Below, in pieces: positions 20,401-28,289 of a stretch of DNA of 64,000 bases. The stretch lies in contig JABGRN010000014.1 of NCBI GenBank assembly GCA_018648265.1, positions 6,436 to 70,435 of the forward strand, in the 5' to 3' direction. Below the pieces are notes generated by a model. The model was given only the letters and a program-made list of their open reading frames with translations, searched no databases and was not told the DNA's origin. How positions within the stretch are numbered: position 1 is the stretch's first letter; each line of letters opens with the position of its first letter. This stretch comes from Prolixibacteraceae bacterium (GTDB lineage: Bacteria > Bacteroidota > Bacteroidia > Bacteroidales > Prolixibacteraceae). A program made the translations under genes and the position numbers.

Positions 20401-21771
20401 AGTGAAATTGAGGAGGCTTTAAAAAGCAATAAAAATGTGGAAACCTCAATTGTAATAAAAAGAAAAGGGAAAAAGAGTCACGAACAATTAATTGCGTATG
20501 TTAAGCTACAAAGGAAGAATAACAATGCTACAATTCAACTTCGTAATTTTTTGCAAGATAAAATTCCCGGTTACATGATTCCCTCATTTATTATATCCCT
20601 TGATTTAGTACCTTATTTCCCAAATGGTAAAATCAACTATTCCCTTTTACCAGAACCCGCTGATTACAAAAAAGCCAACAATGTTAATATTAAAAATCCA
20701 GAATCGGCCACTGAGGAAATACTAAAACAGATTTTTGAGGAATATTTGGATGTGGAAAAAATCTCTGTGGAAGATAATTATTTCGAATTAGGGGGCGATT
20801 CGCTTACTGCGGTTCACATTATGCAAAAGATAGAAGAAATATTTGGCATGAAAATTCCAATTTCAATGCTCTATAAATATTCTTCAATTAGAAAATTGTC
20901 AAACGAAATAACTGATCAATCTATCAATAGTAAGGTAAGTTCAATAATCCCGATAAAAGAACAAGGTAGTAAGGACCCGGTATTTTTTATTCATAATATG
21001 GTGGGATCAGTATTAGGTTATAAAGACATTATTAAAAATATTGATAATCAGTACCCCGTGTATGGGATTCAATCGAATTATAACGAAGATATTATTGATG
21101 AAAATGATGGGATAGAAAAATTATCCGCCATTTATATTAAAAACATTTTACATTTAGTAAAGCATAAAAGTGTTGTATTGATTGGCTTTTCCTTTGGTGG
21201 GGTTGTTGCTTTTGAGATGGCACGGCAACTGTTAAAGCTTGGTTATAAAACTCGTTTAATAGCTGTCGATACAAATATGTCGTTTTATTATAAAAAAATG
21301 TTCCCAATCAGATACTTTTCAATTTTAATATATAATTGGTTAGCATGGGTGATTCCTTATTTTATCAAATCGGTTTCAACAAGTTTTAAAACAAAAAATC
21401 ACAAACCCCTTTTAAGTAGTGTTAATCGAATTCTATTTGAGATTCAATATTTCTTAATAAAAAGAAAAGCCCAAATGCGCGAACTAATACAGAAAGAACC
21501 ATTAATTGAAAATAAAAATGTAAGTAGAAAACTGGCGCGAAATTATTATCCGGGGATATATTCTGAAAAGGTATTTTTGATTCAATGTAAAGGAGAGGTT
21601 GAAGGGGCAATATTAAATAAAACGAAAACTAATTTATTTCGTCGATATGTTAAGGGTGAGATTTTAGTTGAACAAGTGGATACTATTCATGAAGAGATGT
21701 TAAATGAACCTTTTGTTGATGAAATTACGGAGAAAATAAATTCATTTTTACTTATTGATACAAAATCATAG
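17446..21771 (+). CDS. Single-module NRPS-like enzyme: N-terminal formyltransferase-like domain, degenerate condensation-lobe region, adenylation, PCP and thioesterase domains
   Basis: The Fmt-like motifs are SVNYHDSLLPAGAG and IDEGIDTGDI. The A-domain core motifs are ISYGEL (A1), LKTGAAYVPLD (A2), LAYIKFTSGSTGQPKGV (A3), FDTSVEE (A4), NAYGPTE (A5), GELLIGGIGLSRGYINKPE (A6), YKSGDV (A7), GRNDDQVKIKGYRIEISEIE (A8), IPGYMIPS (A9) and NGKINY (A10). The PCP motif is LGGDSLTA (Ser codon 20800-20802). The TE motif is GFSFGG (Ser codon 21190-21192). The track start at 17437 is TTG; the ATG is at 17446. Confidence 0.85.
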   Translation: MDSILLKDKPSCFLIGNTSLLIKCCDLLIEEKWIISGIISFDSSVINYAIKKNIPLKNKLESINSFLSSVQFDYLFSIVNEIILDKTILNLPLKLSVNYHDSLLPAGAGVFSTTWALIQEEKEHGISWHIIDEGIDTGDILIQKKIRIDKNESSISLNARCYQTAIESFPELLHRLQSETINPIKQDFIKRTYFSFNKRPTNLGILDFSDSEFHFEAFLNALDFGENIDNNFCTPKIFLANNYYIPIDYSFKNSQKNTKNGSIEKATLKEIDVKVAGKVLSIKGMTTIDGEIIELEKLIKEFNLRQGKVFPIPDSQDVTKLHFLYEKIIGKEAYWIQKLSNLNFVDFPFVNNEKSANEKYTTLKYELSVELLKYCKQINKAGTEINLFSLLLLYISRLLDNTEFDIWYKINSEYSNYPNMFSPFVPLGCKFEQKSSLVKNLELSNKYIRQTIDKNTFARDVYTRIKILRETEIKGLVKKIPFFIGQIQSLEEFEPVLEIGWGILISIKTSALYLVYNKSERNTTLAEKFFHHFSVFTQNIIKKANNIFCEVPLISELEKERKLFLWNQQKENYPENICIQELIEDWAEKIPKEIAIVQNEKKISYGELNQKANKIASYLIKEGIHRGDKIGVMMDRSINIIVSYIGILKTGAAYVPLDTNLPVSRLNYMIEVSEIKTIIVDGDKNRSFNNLNIGLFSDIINRPTIEFTAFPKYSSNDLAYIKFTSGSTGQPKGVMITQKNVVAFLFSYKPVVNLNEKRIGTCVAPLSFDTSVEEVYSCLCFGGTVHIMMTEQTLDLEYFAKYLVDKKINVSYIIPEFVQGIGKYLKNEDVVSLKTLITGLHPKKNKIFKPFFELKSKVLILNAYGPTEVTYGSSAYQVNGNENPLENTPIGKPFPNYNTYVADSNMQLLPDYIPGELLIGGIGLSRGYINKPEITKLKFVDFEYENFKTQVYKSGDVVYSVPSGNIHFVGRNDDQVKIKGYRIEISEIEEALKSNKNVETSIVIKRKGKKSHEQLIAYVKLQRKNNNATIQLRNFLQDKIPGYMIPSFIISLDLVPYFPNGKINYSLLPEPADYKKANNVNIKNPESATEEILKQIFEEYLDVEKISVEDNYFELGGDSLTAVHIMQKIEEIFGMKIPISMLYKYSSIRKLSNEITDQSINSKVSSIIPIKEQGSKDPVFFIHNMVGSVLGYKDIIKNIDNQYPVYGIQSNYNEDIIDENDGIEKLSAIYIKNILHLVKHKSVVLIGFSFGGVVAFEMARQLLKLGYKTRLIAVDTNMSFYYKKMFPIRYFSILIYNWLAWVIPYFIKSVSTSFKTKNHKPLLSSVNRILFEIQYFLIKRKAQMRELIQKEPLIENKNVSRKLARNYYPGIYSEKVFLIQCKGEVEGAILNKTKTNLFRRYVKGEILVEQVDTIHEEMLNEPFVDEITEKINSFLLIDTKS

Positions 21772-21847
21772 TGAATGTTTACACATATGTTTTGCTCATA
21801 AAAACAAAAGGAGTCAGATTTACATCTAACTCCCTTACTCTCAATTG

Positions 21848-21921
21848 TCGGGATGACAAGATTTGAACTTGCGACCCCTCGCCCCCCAGACGAGTACGCT
21901 ACCAGGCTGCGCCACATCCCG
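21848..21921 (-). tRNA. tRNA-Pro: tRNA-Pro, anticodon GGG
   Basis: I folded the minus-strand sequence CGGGATGTGGCGCAGCCTGGTAGCGTACTCGTCTGGGGGGCGAGGGGTCGCAAGTTCAAATCTTGTCATCCCGA by hand. It gives a 7-bp acceptor stem, a D arm, the anticodon stem CTCGT/GCGAG with loop CTGGGGG, and a T arm with TTCAAAT. CCA is not encoded. Confidence 0.9.
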
Positions 21922-21959
21922 AATTGATTTATATACACACAGATTTTTTTCAGTGCGTG

Positions 21960-21967
21960 CAAATGTA
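21960..21967 (-). promoter_or_regulatory. Candidate -7 box (CAAATGTA = reverse complement of TACATTTG) upstream of tRNA-Pro
   Basis: Matches TAnnTTTG on the minus strand, about 39 nt upstream of the tRNA 5' end. Confidence 0.4.
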
Positions 21968-22097
21968 ACAGTTGATTTTTTTTCTACAAAACTTTTTTGA
22001 CGAATTCATCTAATTTTAAAAATTAAGCAATAGTTTCTGTCTATTCGGTCTTCATATTTATTGATAGAATTTATAGTGTTCAATTAAAGATGTTTTG

Positions 22098-22105
22098 TAC
22101 TTTTG
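22098..22105 (+). promoter_or_regulatory. Candidate -7 box TACTTTTG upstream of trxB
   Basis: Matches TAnnTTTG. Its position inside the track ORF supports the downstream ATG at 22126 as the true trxB start. Confidence 0.45.
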
Positions 22106-22125
22106 CAAAATTAAAAAATAAAGCT

Positions 22126-23121
22126 ATGTTTAAATCACTTGATATTAACGAAAACGAAGAGAAAAAGAATATTCAACCTACTGAGGTTGAGAGGGTAAAA
22201 TGTTTAATTGTTGGTTCGGGGCCTGCTGGTTACACTGCAGCAATCTACGCTGCCCGGGCAAATCTTAATCCGGTGATGTATGAAGGTTTGCAACCCGGCG
22301 GGCAATTAACAACAACAACCGAAGTTGAAAATTATCCGGGATATCCCGAAGGAGTTACCGGGCCGGTTATGATGGAGGACTTTAAAAAGCAGGCTGAACG
22401 TTTTGGTACAGATGTCCGTTGGGGAATGGCAACTAAAGCTGATTTTTCGGGAGAAATTCATAAAGTTTGGATAGACGATAGTAAACTTATTGAAGCTGAA
22501 AGTGTGATTATTGCAACCGGCGCAACTGCAAAATACCTGGGCCTTGATGATGAGCAAAAATATGCCGGTGGTGGTGTTTCGGCTTGCGCAACCTGCGATG
22601 GCTTTTTCTACAGGGGGAAAGATGTTGCGGTTGTTGGTGGTGGCGATACTGCTGCCGAAGAGGCAATGTACCTTGCAGGCTTATGTAAAAAGGTATATTT
22701 AATAGTACGACGAGACGTATTAAGGGCATCAAAAGTAATGGTCGAACGTTTGATGGACACCCCAAATATTGAAGTTTTATGGAAACATCAGACCAAAGGA
22801 TTGTTTGGCGATGGTGTTGTTGAAGGTGCTACCCTTGCAAAAAATCTTGGGGAGGAAAATGAAGAGGAAGTTAAAATTAAAATCGATGGGTTTTTCCTCG
22901 GCATTGGGCACAAACCCAACTCCGATATTTTTGCTGAATATGTAGATACCGACGAAGTGGGGTATATTAACACTATCCCCGGAACTTCGAAAACTAAAGT
23001 GCCTGGTGTTTTTGCCTGTGGCGATGTTCAGGATTCACAATACCGACAGGCAGTTACAGCAGCCGGTTCAGGTTGTATGGCTGCTATCGATACTGAAAGG
23101 TACCTTTCAGAAAAAAATTAG
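22126..23121 (+). CDS. trxB: Thioredoxin-disulfide reductase
   Basis: FAD motif VGSGPAGYTAA, redox-active CATCDG, and NADPH motif VVGGGDTAAEEA. Confidence 0.9.
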   Translation: MFKSLDINENEEKKNIQPTEVERVKCLIVGSGPAGYTAAIYAARANLNPVMYEGLQPGGQLTTTTEVENYPGYPEGVTGPVMMEDFKKQAERFGTDVRWGMATKADFSGEIHKVWIDDSKLIEAESVIIATGATAKYLGLDDEQKYAGGGVSACATCDGFFYRGKDVAVVGGGDTAAEEAMYLAGLCKKVYLIVRRDVLRASKVMVERLMDTPNIEVLWKHQTKGLFGDGVVEGATLAKNLGEENEEEVKIKIDGFFLGIGHKPNSDIFAEYVDTDEVGYINTIPGTSKTKVPGVFACGDVQDSQYRQAVTAAGSGCMAAIDTERYLSEKN

Positions 23122-23143
23122 TTAAGATTAAAAAAATAAATCT

Positions 23144-23175
23144 AAAAAAGCAGGATAAAAGATTCTGCTTTTTTT
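23144..23175 (+). terminator. Terminator hairpin after trxB
   Basis: aaaaaagcag ... ctgcttttttt, a stem with an A/T extension followed by a T-run. Confidence 0.55.
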
Positions 23176-23211
23176 GTGCAAATGATTTTTTTTTCGTGTA
23201 AATTATTAAAA

Positions 23212-23246
23212 TTAAAAAAGGGGGCTATTTGGGCTCCCTTTCTTAA
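23212..23246 (-). terminator. Terminator hairpin after the alpha-oxoamine synthase gene
   Basis: The minus strand reads gggagcccaaatagccccc followed by ttttttaatttt. It lies about 20 nt downstream of the stop at 23264. Confidence 0.45.
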
Positions 23247-23263
23247 TTAATATTTTTAAAAGA

Positions 23264-24517
23264 TTACATATCTACCTGAACATGTGCCATTTCGGTTTTT
23301 GAGTATTTGCCATTTTCTAATTTTTTACGAACAACTTTAAATGCTTTTAATGTTAATTCAACATCCTCAATCGAGTGCATTGCAGTTGGTATTAATCGTA
23401 AAATAATTTCTCCCCTTGGAATTACGGGGTAAACAACTATTGAACAAAAAATCCCATGATTTTCGCGGAGGTCATAAACTAAATTTGCGGCTTCAATTTC
23501 GCCACCTTTCATATAAACAGGTGTAACGGGCGAGTTCGTTTTCCCTAAATCAAAACCGGCTTCTTTTAATCCTTTTTGCAAAGCATTTACGATTGTCCAA
23601 AGTTTTTCTTTGAATTCGGGCATTGTTCGTAACATTTTTAACCGTTTCAAAGCACCAATTACCATTGTCATAGGCAATGCTTTTGCATAAGTTTGCGAAC
23701 GCATATTGTAACGCAGGTAATAACAAATATCAGTTTCGCCGGCAACAAAACCGCCAATTCCGGCCATTGCTTTTGCAAAAGTCCCAAAATGCAAATCCAC
23801 TCCATCCTGAACACCAAAAAATTCGGGAGCACCGGCGCCGGTTTTACCCATTACACCAAAACCGTGGGCATCGTCAACCAGTAAGCGGAATTCAAATTCT
23901 TCTTTTAATTTCACAATTTCATCAAGTTTTCCCAAATCCCCCGACATTCCGAAAACACCTTCGGTAATTACAAAAATCCCACCTTTTTGTTTTTCAGCAA
24001 GTTTGGTAGCCCGTTCAAGTTGTTTCCTGAGATTTTCCATGTTATTGTGCGGATAAACATATCGTTTACCCATGTGCAAACGAACACCATCGAGAATACA
24101 TGCGTGCGATTCAGAATCATAAACTATAACATCATTCCTTCCACAAACAGCGTCAATAATCGAAACCATTCCCTGATAGCCGTAATTCAACAGAAAGGCA
24201 TCTTTTTTACCAACAAACGAAGCCAGTTCTCTTTCCAGTTCTTCGTGCCTGGCTGTTTGCCCCGACATCATCCGTGCACCCATTGGGTACGCCATCCCGT
24301 ATTGTGCTGCTGCATCTGCATCGGTTTTCCTAACTTCAGGGTGGTTTCCCAAACCCAGATAATTGTTTAAACTCCAGGTAAGTACTTCCTTTCCCCTGAA
24401 ATTCATTTTTGCACTAATTTCACCTTCCAGTTTTGGGAAAGCAAAGTATCCATGTGCCTGTTTCATGTACTTACCAATGTCGCCTTGATTTGTCCTGAAT
24501 TTTGCAAATATATCCAC
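23264..24517 (-). CDS. PLP-dependent alpha-oxoamine synthase family enzyme (serine palmitoyltransferase / KBL / BioF / cysteate-acyltransferase-like)
   Basis: A 417-aa protein with the motifs NNYLGLGNHPEV, DDAHGFGVMG and the PLP-lysine context GTFAKAMAG. Confidence 0.75.
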   Translation of the reverse strand: MDIFAKFRTNQGDIGKYMKQAHGYFAFPKLEGEISAKMNFRGKEVLTWSLNNYLGLGNHPEVRKTDADAAAQYGMAYPMGARMMSGQTARHEELERELASFVGKKDAFLLNYGYQGMVSIIDAVCGRNDVIVYDSESHACILDGVRLHMGKRYVYPHNNMENLRKQLERATKLAEKQKGGIFVITEGVFGMSGDLGKLDEIVKLKEEFEFRLLVDDAHGFGVMGKTGAGAPEFFGVQDGVDLHFGTFAKAMAGIGGFVAGETDICYYLRYNMRSQTYAKALPMTMVIGALKRLKMLRTMPEFKEKLWTIVNALQKGLKEAGFDLGKTNSPVTPVYMKGGEIEAANLVYDLRENHGIFCSIVVYPVIPRGEIILRLIPTAMHSIEDVELTLKAFKVVRKKLENGKYSKTEMAHVQVDM

Positions 24518-24545
24518 CTTGTTAATTTTTGAGATTATTTTAGTG

Positions 24546-24553
24546 CAAATGTA
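24546..24553 (-). promoter_or_regulatory. Candidate -7 box (CAAATGTA) for the alpha-oxoamine synthase gene
   Basis: Reverse complement of TACATTTG, 29 nt upstream of the ATG at 24517. Confidence 0.4.
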
Positions 24554-24754
24554 AACTTTTTTAAATTTTTGGCAAATGTGTTAAATTATACTAACATTTC
24601 GCGAGAGGTTGATCAAAGATACATATATTCACCGGGTAAATTTTAATGTGTTGAATTGTATGAAACTCAAAATGAATATACTACGTAATTCAATATTATT
24701 ATTAATATCGTTAAATTTTACAATTCTTTTAGTTTCAGGTATGTAAAAAAAGTA

Positions 24755-24762
24755 TATTTTTG
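24755..24762 (+). promoter_or_regulatory. Candidate -7 box TATTTTTG upstream of bamD
   Basis: Matches TAnnTTTG. Its position favours the ATG at 24773 over 24767. Confidence 0.35.
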
Positions 24763-24772
24763 CGCAATGTTT

Positions 24773-25591
24773 ATGAAAACAAGAAATTTTGGTTTAGGGT
24801 TGATTTTATTGGTTGTGGTTTTAAGTGCTTGTGGCGATTATAATAAAATTGTCAAAAGTACCGACTATGAGTTTAAATATAAAAAAGCAACCGAATATTA
24901 CGAAGCTGGTGAATATGTAAGAGCGGGTACCTTGTTTCAGGAATTAGTGAATATTTATCGAGGTACCAGCCGGGGAGATGATATTTATTATTTTTATGCA
25001 AAAAGTATGATTGGCCAGAAAGATTATTTGATGGCCGGCCATTATTTTAAAACCCTGATTAAGGAATTCCCAACGAGTGAAAATGTTGAGGAAGCCCAGT
25101 TTATGACGGGATATTGTTCGTATTTAATGTCACCAAAACCACTGCTCGATCAGGCTGTTTCATTTGAAGCCATCGATGCCTTGCAGTTGTATATTAACTT
25201 GTACCCGTTTAGCGACAGAGTTGATGAAGCCAATCGTTTAATAGATGAATTAAAGGATAAAATGGTTTATAAATCGTATTTAACAGCTAAATTATATTAC
25301 GATTTTAAAAGCTATAAAGCTGCAGTAGTGGCGCTTTCAAATAGTTTAAAAGATCACCCCGACAGCCAATACCGCGAAGATTTAATGTACATGTTATTAA
25401 AATCGAAATATTTGCTTGCCATAAACAGTGTACAGGAAAAGAAAAACGAAAGGCTTTCGCAAGCACTCGATGAATATTTTTCGTTTGTTGACGAATACCC
25501 GGAAAGCAATCATAAAAGAGAGGTGGAAAGGTTTTATGAAACTACTGCCAAATTGTTGAATTATAAAGAAGAAGAAACAAATATAAACTAG
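24773..25591 (+). CDS. bamD: Outer membrane protein assembly factor BamD (TPR lipoprotein)
   Basis: Lipobox VVVLSAC, a TPR-like body, and its position ahead of rpoZ-coaBC-recN as in other Bacteroidota. Confidence 0.8.
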   Translation: MKTRNFGLGLILLVVVLSACGDYNKIVKSTDYEFKYKKATEYYEAGEYVRAGTLFQELVNIYRGTSRGDDIYYFYAKSMIGQKDYLMAGHYFKTLIKEFPTSENVEEAQFMTGYCSYLMSPKPLLDQAVSFEAIDALQLYINLYPFSDRVDEANRLIDELKDKMVYKSYLTAKLYYDFKSYKAAVVALSNSLKDHPDSQYREDLMYMLLKSKYLLAINSVQEKKNERLSQALDEYFSFVDEYPESNHKREVERFYETTAKLLNYKEEETNIN

Positions 25592-25595
25592 AATA

Positions 25596-25931
25596 ATGGA
25601 TTATAAAAAAACGAAAGCAGCACAAACAACTATTTCGCGCGATCTTGAGGTTTTAACCCAGGAAACCGGTAATATTTATGAAACTGTAATGCTTGTAGCC
25701 AAAAGGGCAAATCAAATTTCGTCGGAATTAAAAGAAGAACTGAACCAAAAATTACAAGAGTTTGCTTCATACACCGATAATCTTGATGAAATATTTGAAA
25801 ACAGGGAACAAATTGAAATTTCAAAGTTTTACGAACGTCTGCCAAAACCTTCATTAATAGCTTTCGAAGAGTTAAAAGAAGGGGAAATTTATCACCGTAA
25901 CCCGGCTCGCGAAAATAAACAACGGATATAA
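25596..25931 (+). CDS. rpoZ: DNA-directed RNA polymerase subunit omega
   Basis: A 111-aa protein with NIYETVMLVAKRANQIS, located upstream of coaBC. Confidence 0.7.
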   Translation: MDYKKTKAAQTTISRDLEVLTQETGNIYETVMLVAKRANQISSELKEELNQKLQEFASYTDNLDEIFENREQIEISKFYERLPKPSLIAFEELKEGEIYHRNPARENKQRI

Positions 25932-25942
25932 TTTTAAGCCCA

Positions 25943-27145
25943 ATGAGGCTTGATAAGAAAAAAATAATACTTGGAATTACCGGAAGTATTGCTGCCTACA
26001 AAGCAGTTTTTCTTTTGAGGCTACTTGTAAAAGAGGGTGCTGAAGTTCAGGTTGTTATTACGCAAGCCGGAAAAGAATTTATTACTCCTGTTACACTTTC
26101 TGCATTGTCGGGGAAACCTATTATAAGTGAGTTTTTTGGTGCTAACGACGGAGTTTGGAACAGCCACGTTGACCTTGGTTTATGGGCCGATTTAATGTTA
26201 GTTGCACCAGCAACAGCTACTACCATTGGTAAGATGGCAAATGGAATTGCCGATAACATGTTAGTAACTACCTATTTATCGGCAAAATGCCCGGTCTTTG
26301 TTGCACCTGCAATGGACCTCGATATGTTTGCCCACCCTTCAACCCAAAATAATTTGAAGATTTTACAGGAGTTCGGTAATATTATTATTGACCCAGGTGA
26401 AGGTCAGTTGGCCAGTGGATTGGAGGGAAAAGGCAGAATGGAAGAACCTGAAAATATCCTGGAAATTGTAATTGATTATTTCGAGCGAAAAAAAAAACTT
26501 CTGAATAAAACCTTTCTGGTAACCGCCGGACCTACATTCGAAAAAATTGATCCTGTTAGATTTATTGGCAACTATTCATCGGGCAAAATGGGATATTCAA
26601 TTGCCGAGGAGTTAGCAGCACAGGGTGCCGATGTAATTTTGGTATCAGGGCCCGTTTCTGTATTTACAAATAAAAAAGGCATAAATGTAATCAGGGTTGA
26701 ATCGGCAGATGAAATGTTTTCAGAATGTGTAAAACATTTTGGCGAGTGTAATGGAGCTGTAATGTGTGCAGCAGTGGCAGATTTTACACCGGTAAAAGCC
26801 GAATTTCAGAAAACCAAAAGAGGGAATAAAAATTGGGATTTGGAACTTCAACCCACAAAAGATATTGCGGCTGCCCTCGGTAAAGCAAAGAGTGATAAAC
26901 AGATTTTAGTCGGGTTTGCACTCGAAACCAACGATGAAATAATCAATGCTAAAAAGAAACTTCAAAAGAAAAAGTTTGATTTTATTGTTCTCAATTCTTT
27001 GAATGAGTTTGGGGCGGGTTTCCAGGTCGATACCAATAAAATTACAATCATCGATAAAAACAATAATCAGCAATCTTTTGAGTTAAAGAGTAAGAAAGAG
27101 GTAGCAGTCGATATTGTTGATAAAATGATTTCGCTTCTACCGTAG
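25943..27145 (+). CDS. coaBC: Bifunctional phosphopantothenoylcysteine decarboxylase / phosphopantothenate-cysteine ligase
   Basis: Flavoprotein N-terminal domain ILGITGSIAAYK and CoaB domain NYSSGKMG; 400 aa. Confidence 0.9.
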   Translation: MRLDKKKIILGITGSIAAYKAVFLLRLLVKEGAEVQVVITQAGKEFITPVTLSALSGKPIISEFFGANDGVWNSHVDLGLWADLMLVAPATATTIGKMANGIADNMLVTTYLSAKCPVFVAPAMDLDMFAHPSTQNNLKILQEFGNIIIDPGEGQLASGLEGKGRMEEPENILEIVIDYFERKKKLLNKTFLVTAGPTFEKIDPVRFIGNYSSGKMGYSIAEELAAQGADVILVSGPVSVFTNKKGINVIRVESADEMFSECVKHFGECNGAVMCAAVADFTPVKAEFQKTKRGNKNWDLELQPTKDIAAALGKAKSDKQILVGFALETNDEIINAKKKLQKKKFDFIVLNSLNEFGAGFQVDTNKITIIDKNNNQQSFELKSKKEVAVDIVDKMISLLP

Positions 27146-27198
27146 TTTAACTTCCTTTTGAGGATTTTTTATATTTTTATAGTTCTATTTTAATGTTT

Positions 27199-28107
27199 AT
27201 GAAAAAGTCATCAGTTTTTATCATACTAATTCTTTTCCTGTCCACCACATTGTTTTCGCAGGAATTGAGGTGCAATATTACAGTTTCGTCGCAGAAAATC
27301 CAGGGTGCTAACCAAAACCTGTTTCGTACAATGCAGTCCGATTTGTACGAATTTGTAAATAACCGAAAATGGACCGACCATGTTTATACTTACGACGAAA
27401 AAATCAGGTGTAATATATTAATTCGGCTCGAAGAACAAATTTCATCCGATGAATTTAAAGGTACAATGCAGGTTCAGTTGACGCGGCCAGTATTTAATTC
27501 AAGCTACGAAACCACTATTTTAAATATTAAAGACAACGATTTTCATTGCAGGTATGTTGAGTTTCAACCACTTGAATTTAACGAAACTTCGAACCGAGAC
27601 AACCTGACTAATATTTTGGCTTTTTATGCCTACATTATTCTGGGTTTCGATTACGACACATTTTCGCCTGAAGGTGGAACTCCCTATTTTGAAAAAGCAC
27701 AGGCCATTGTAAATAATTCGCAAAATGCCAGGGAAAAAGGTTGGAAAGCATTCGAAAGCGAGCGAAACCGGTACTGGTTAATTGAAAATATATTAAATAA
27801 ATCGTATTCCGATTATCGAAATTGCATGTACAATTACCACCGAAACGGGCTCGATTTAATGTCGGAAAAACCGGAAGAGGGCAGGGCAGTTATTGCCGAC
27901 TCAATGCGCGATATTCAAAAAGTATTTCGCCGCCGGCCTTCAATTTATATTTTGCAAATGTTTTTCGATTCGAAATCGGATGAGTTGGTAAATATTTTTT
28001 CCAAATCGTTCCCCGATGAAAGAAATCGGGTTATGGCCATTCTAAATGAAGTGGATCCCTCTAACGGAAGTAAGTACGAGAAAATAGCAGAGAACGAAGG
28101 TTTTTAG
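27199..28107 (+). CDS. DUF4835-family protein (named T9SS PorD in recent annotation, from memory)
   Basis: It has a signal peptide and the conserved position between coaBC and recN. I see no motif I can verify independently. Confidence 0.55.
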   Translation: MKKSSVFIILILFLSTTLFSQELRCNITVSSQKIQGANQNLFRTMQSDLYEFVNNRKWTDHVYTYDEKIRCNILIRLEEQISSDEFKGTMQVQLTRPVFNSSYETTILNIKDNDFHCRYVEFQPLEFNETSNRDNLTNILAFYAYIILGFDYDTFSPEGGTPYFEKAQAIVNNSQNAREKGWKAFESERNRYWLIENILNKSYSDYRNCMYNYHRNGLDLMSEKPEEGRAVIADSMRDIQKVFRRRPSIYILQMFFDSKSDELVNIFSKSFPDERNRVMAILNEVDPSNGSKYEKIAENEGF

Positions 28108-28289
28108 ATTTCATTTTAATTTCACAACCCAAATTTAAGACTTTCTGTAATGTACATTATTATTCTATTCATTTCGAAGAATTATTATTTAAAATTTAAA
28201 ATTGAATTTTATTTGGCTTTTGTAATTTGATTTTTGGTATTTTTAGTTCAAATTAGTTCTCTTTGTAATTTACTTAATTTCTGAGTTGA

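Noticed and set aside
21687-21962. A 91-aa minus-strand ORF overlapping the tRNA-Pro gene and the NRPS 3' end
   Set aside because: It overlaps a hand-folded canonical tRNA and the end of the NRPS CDS, so it is spurious.
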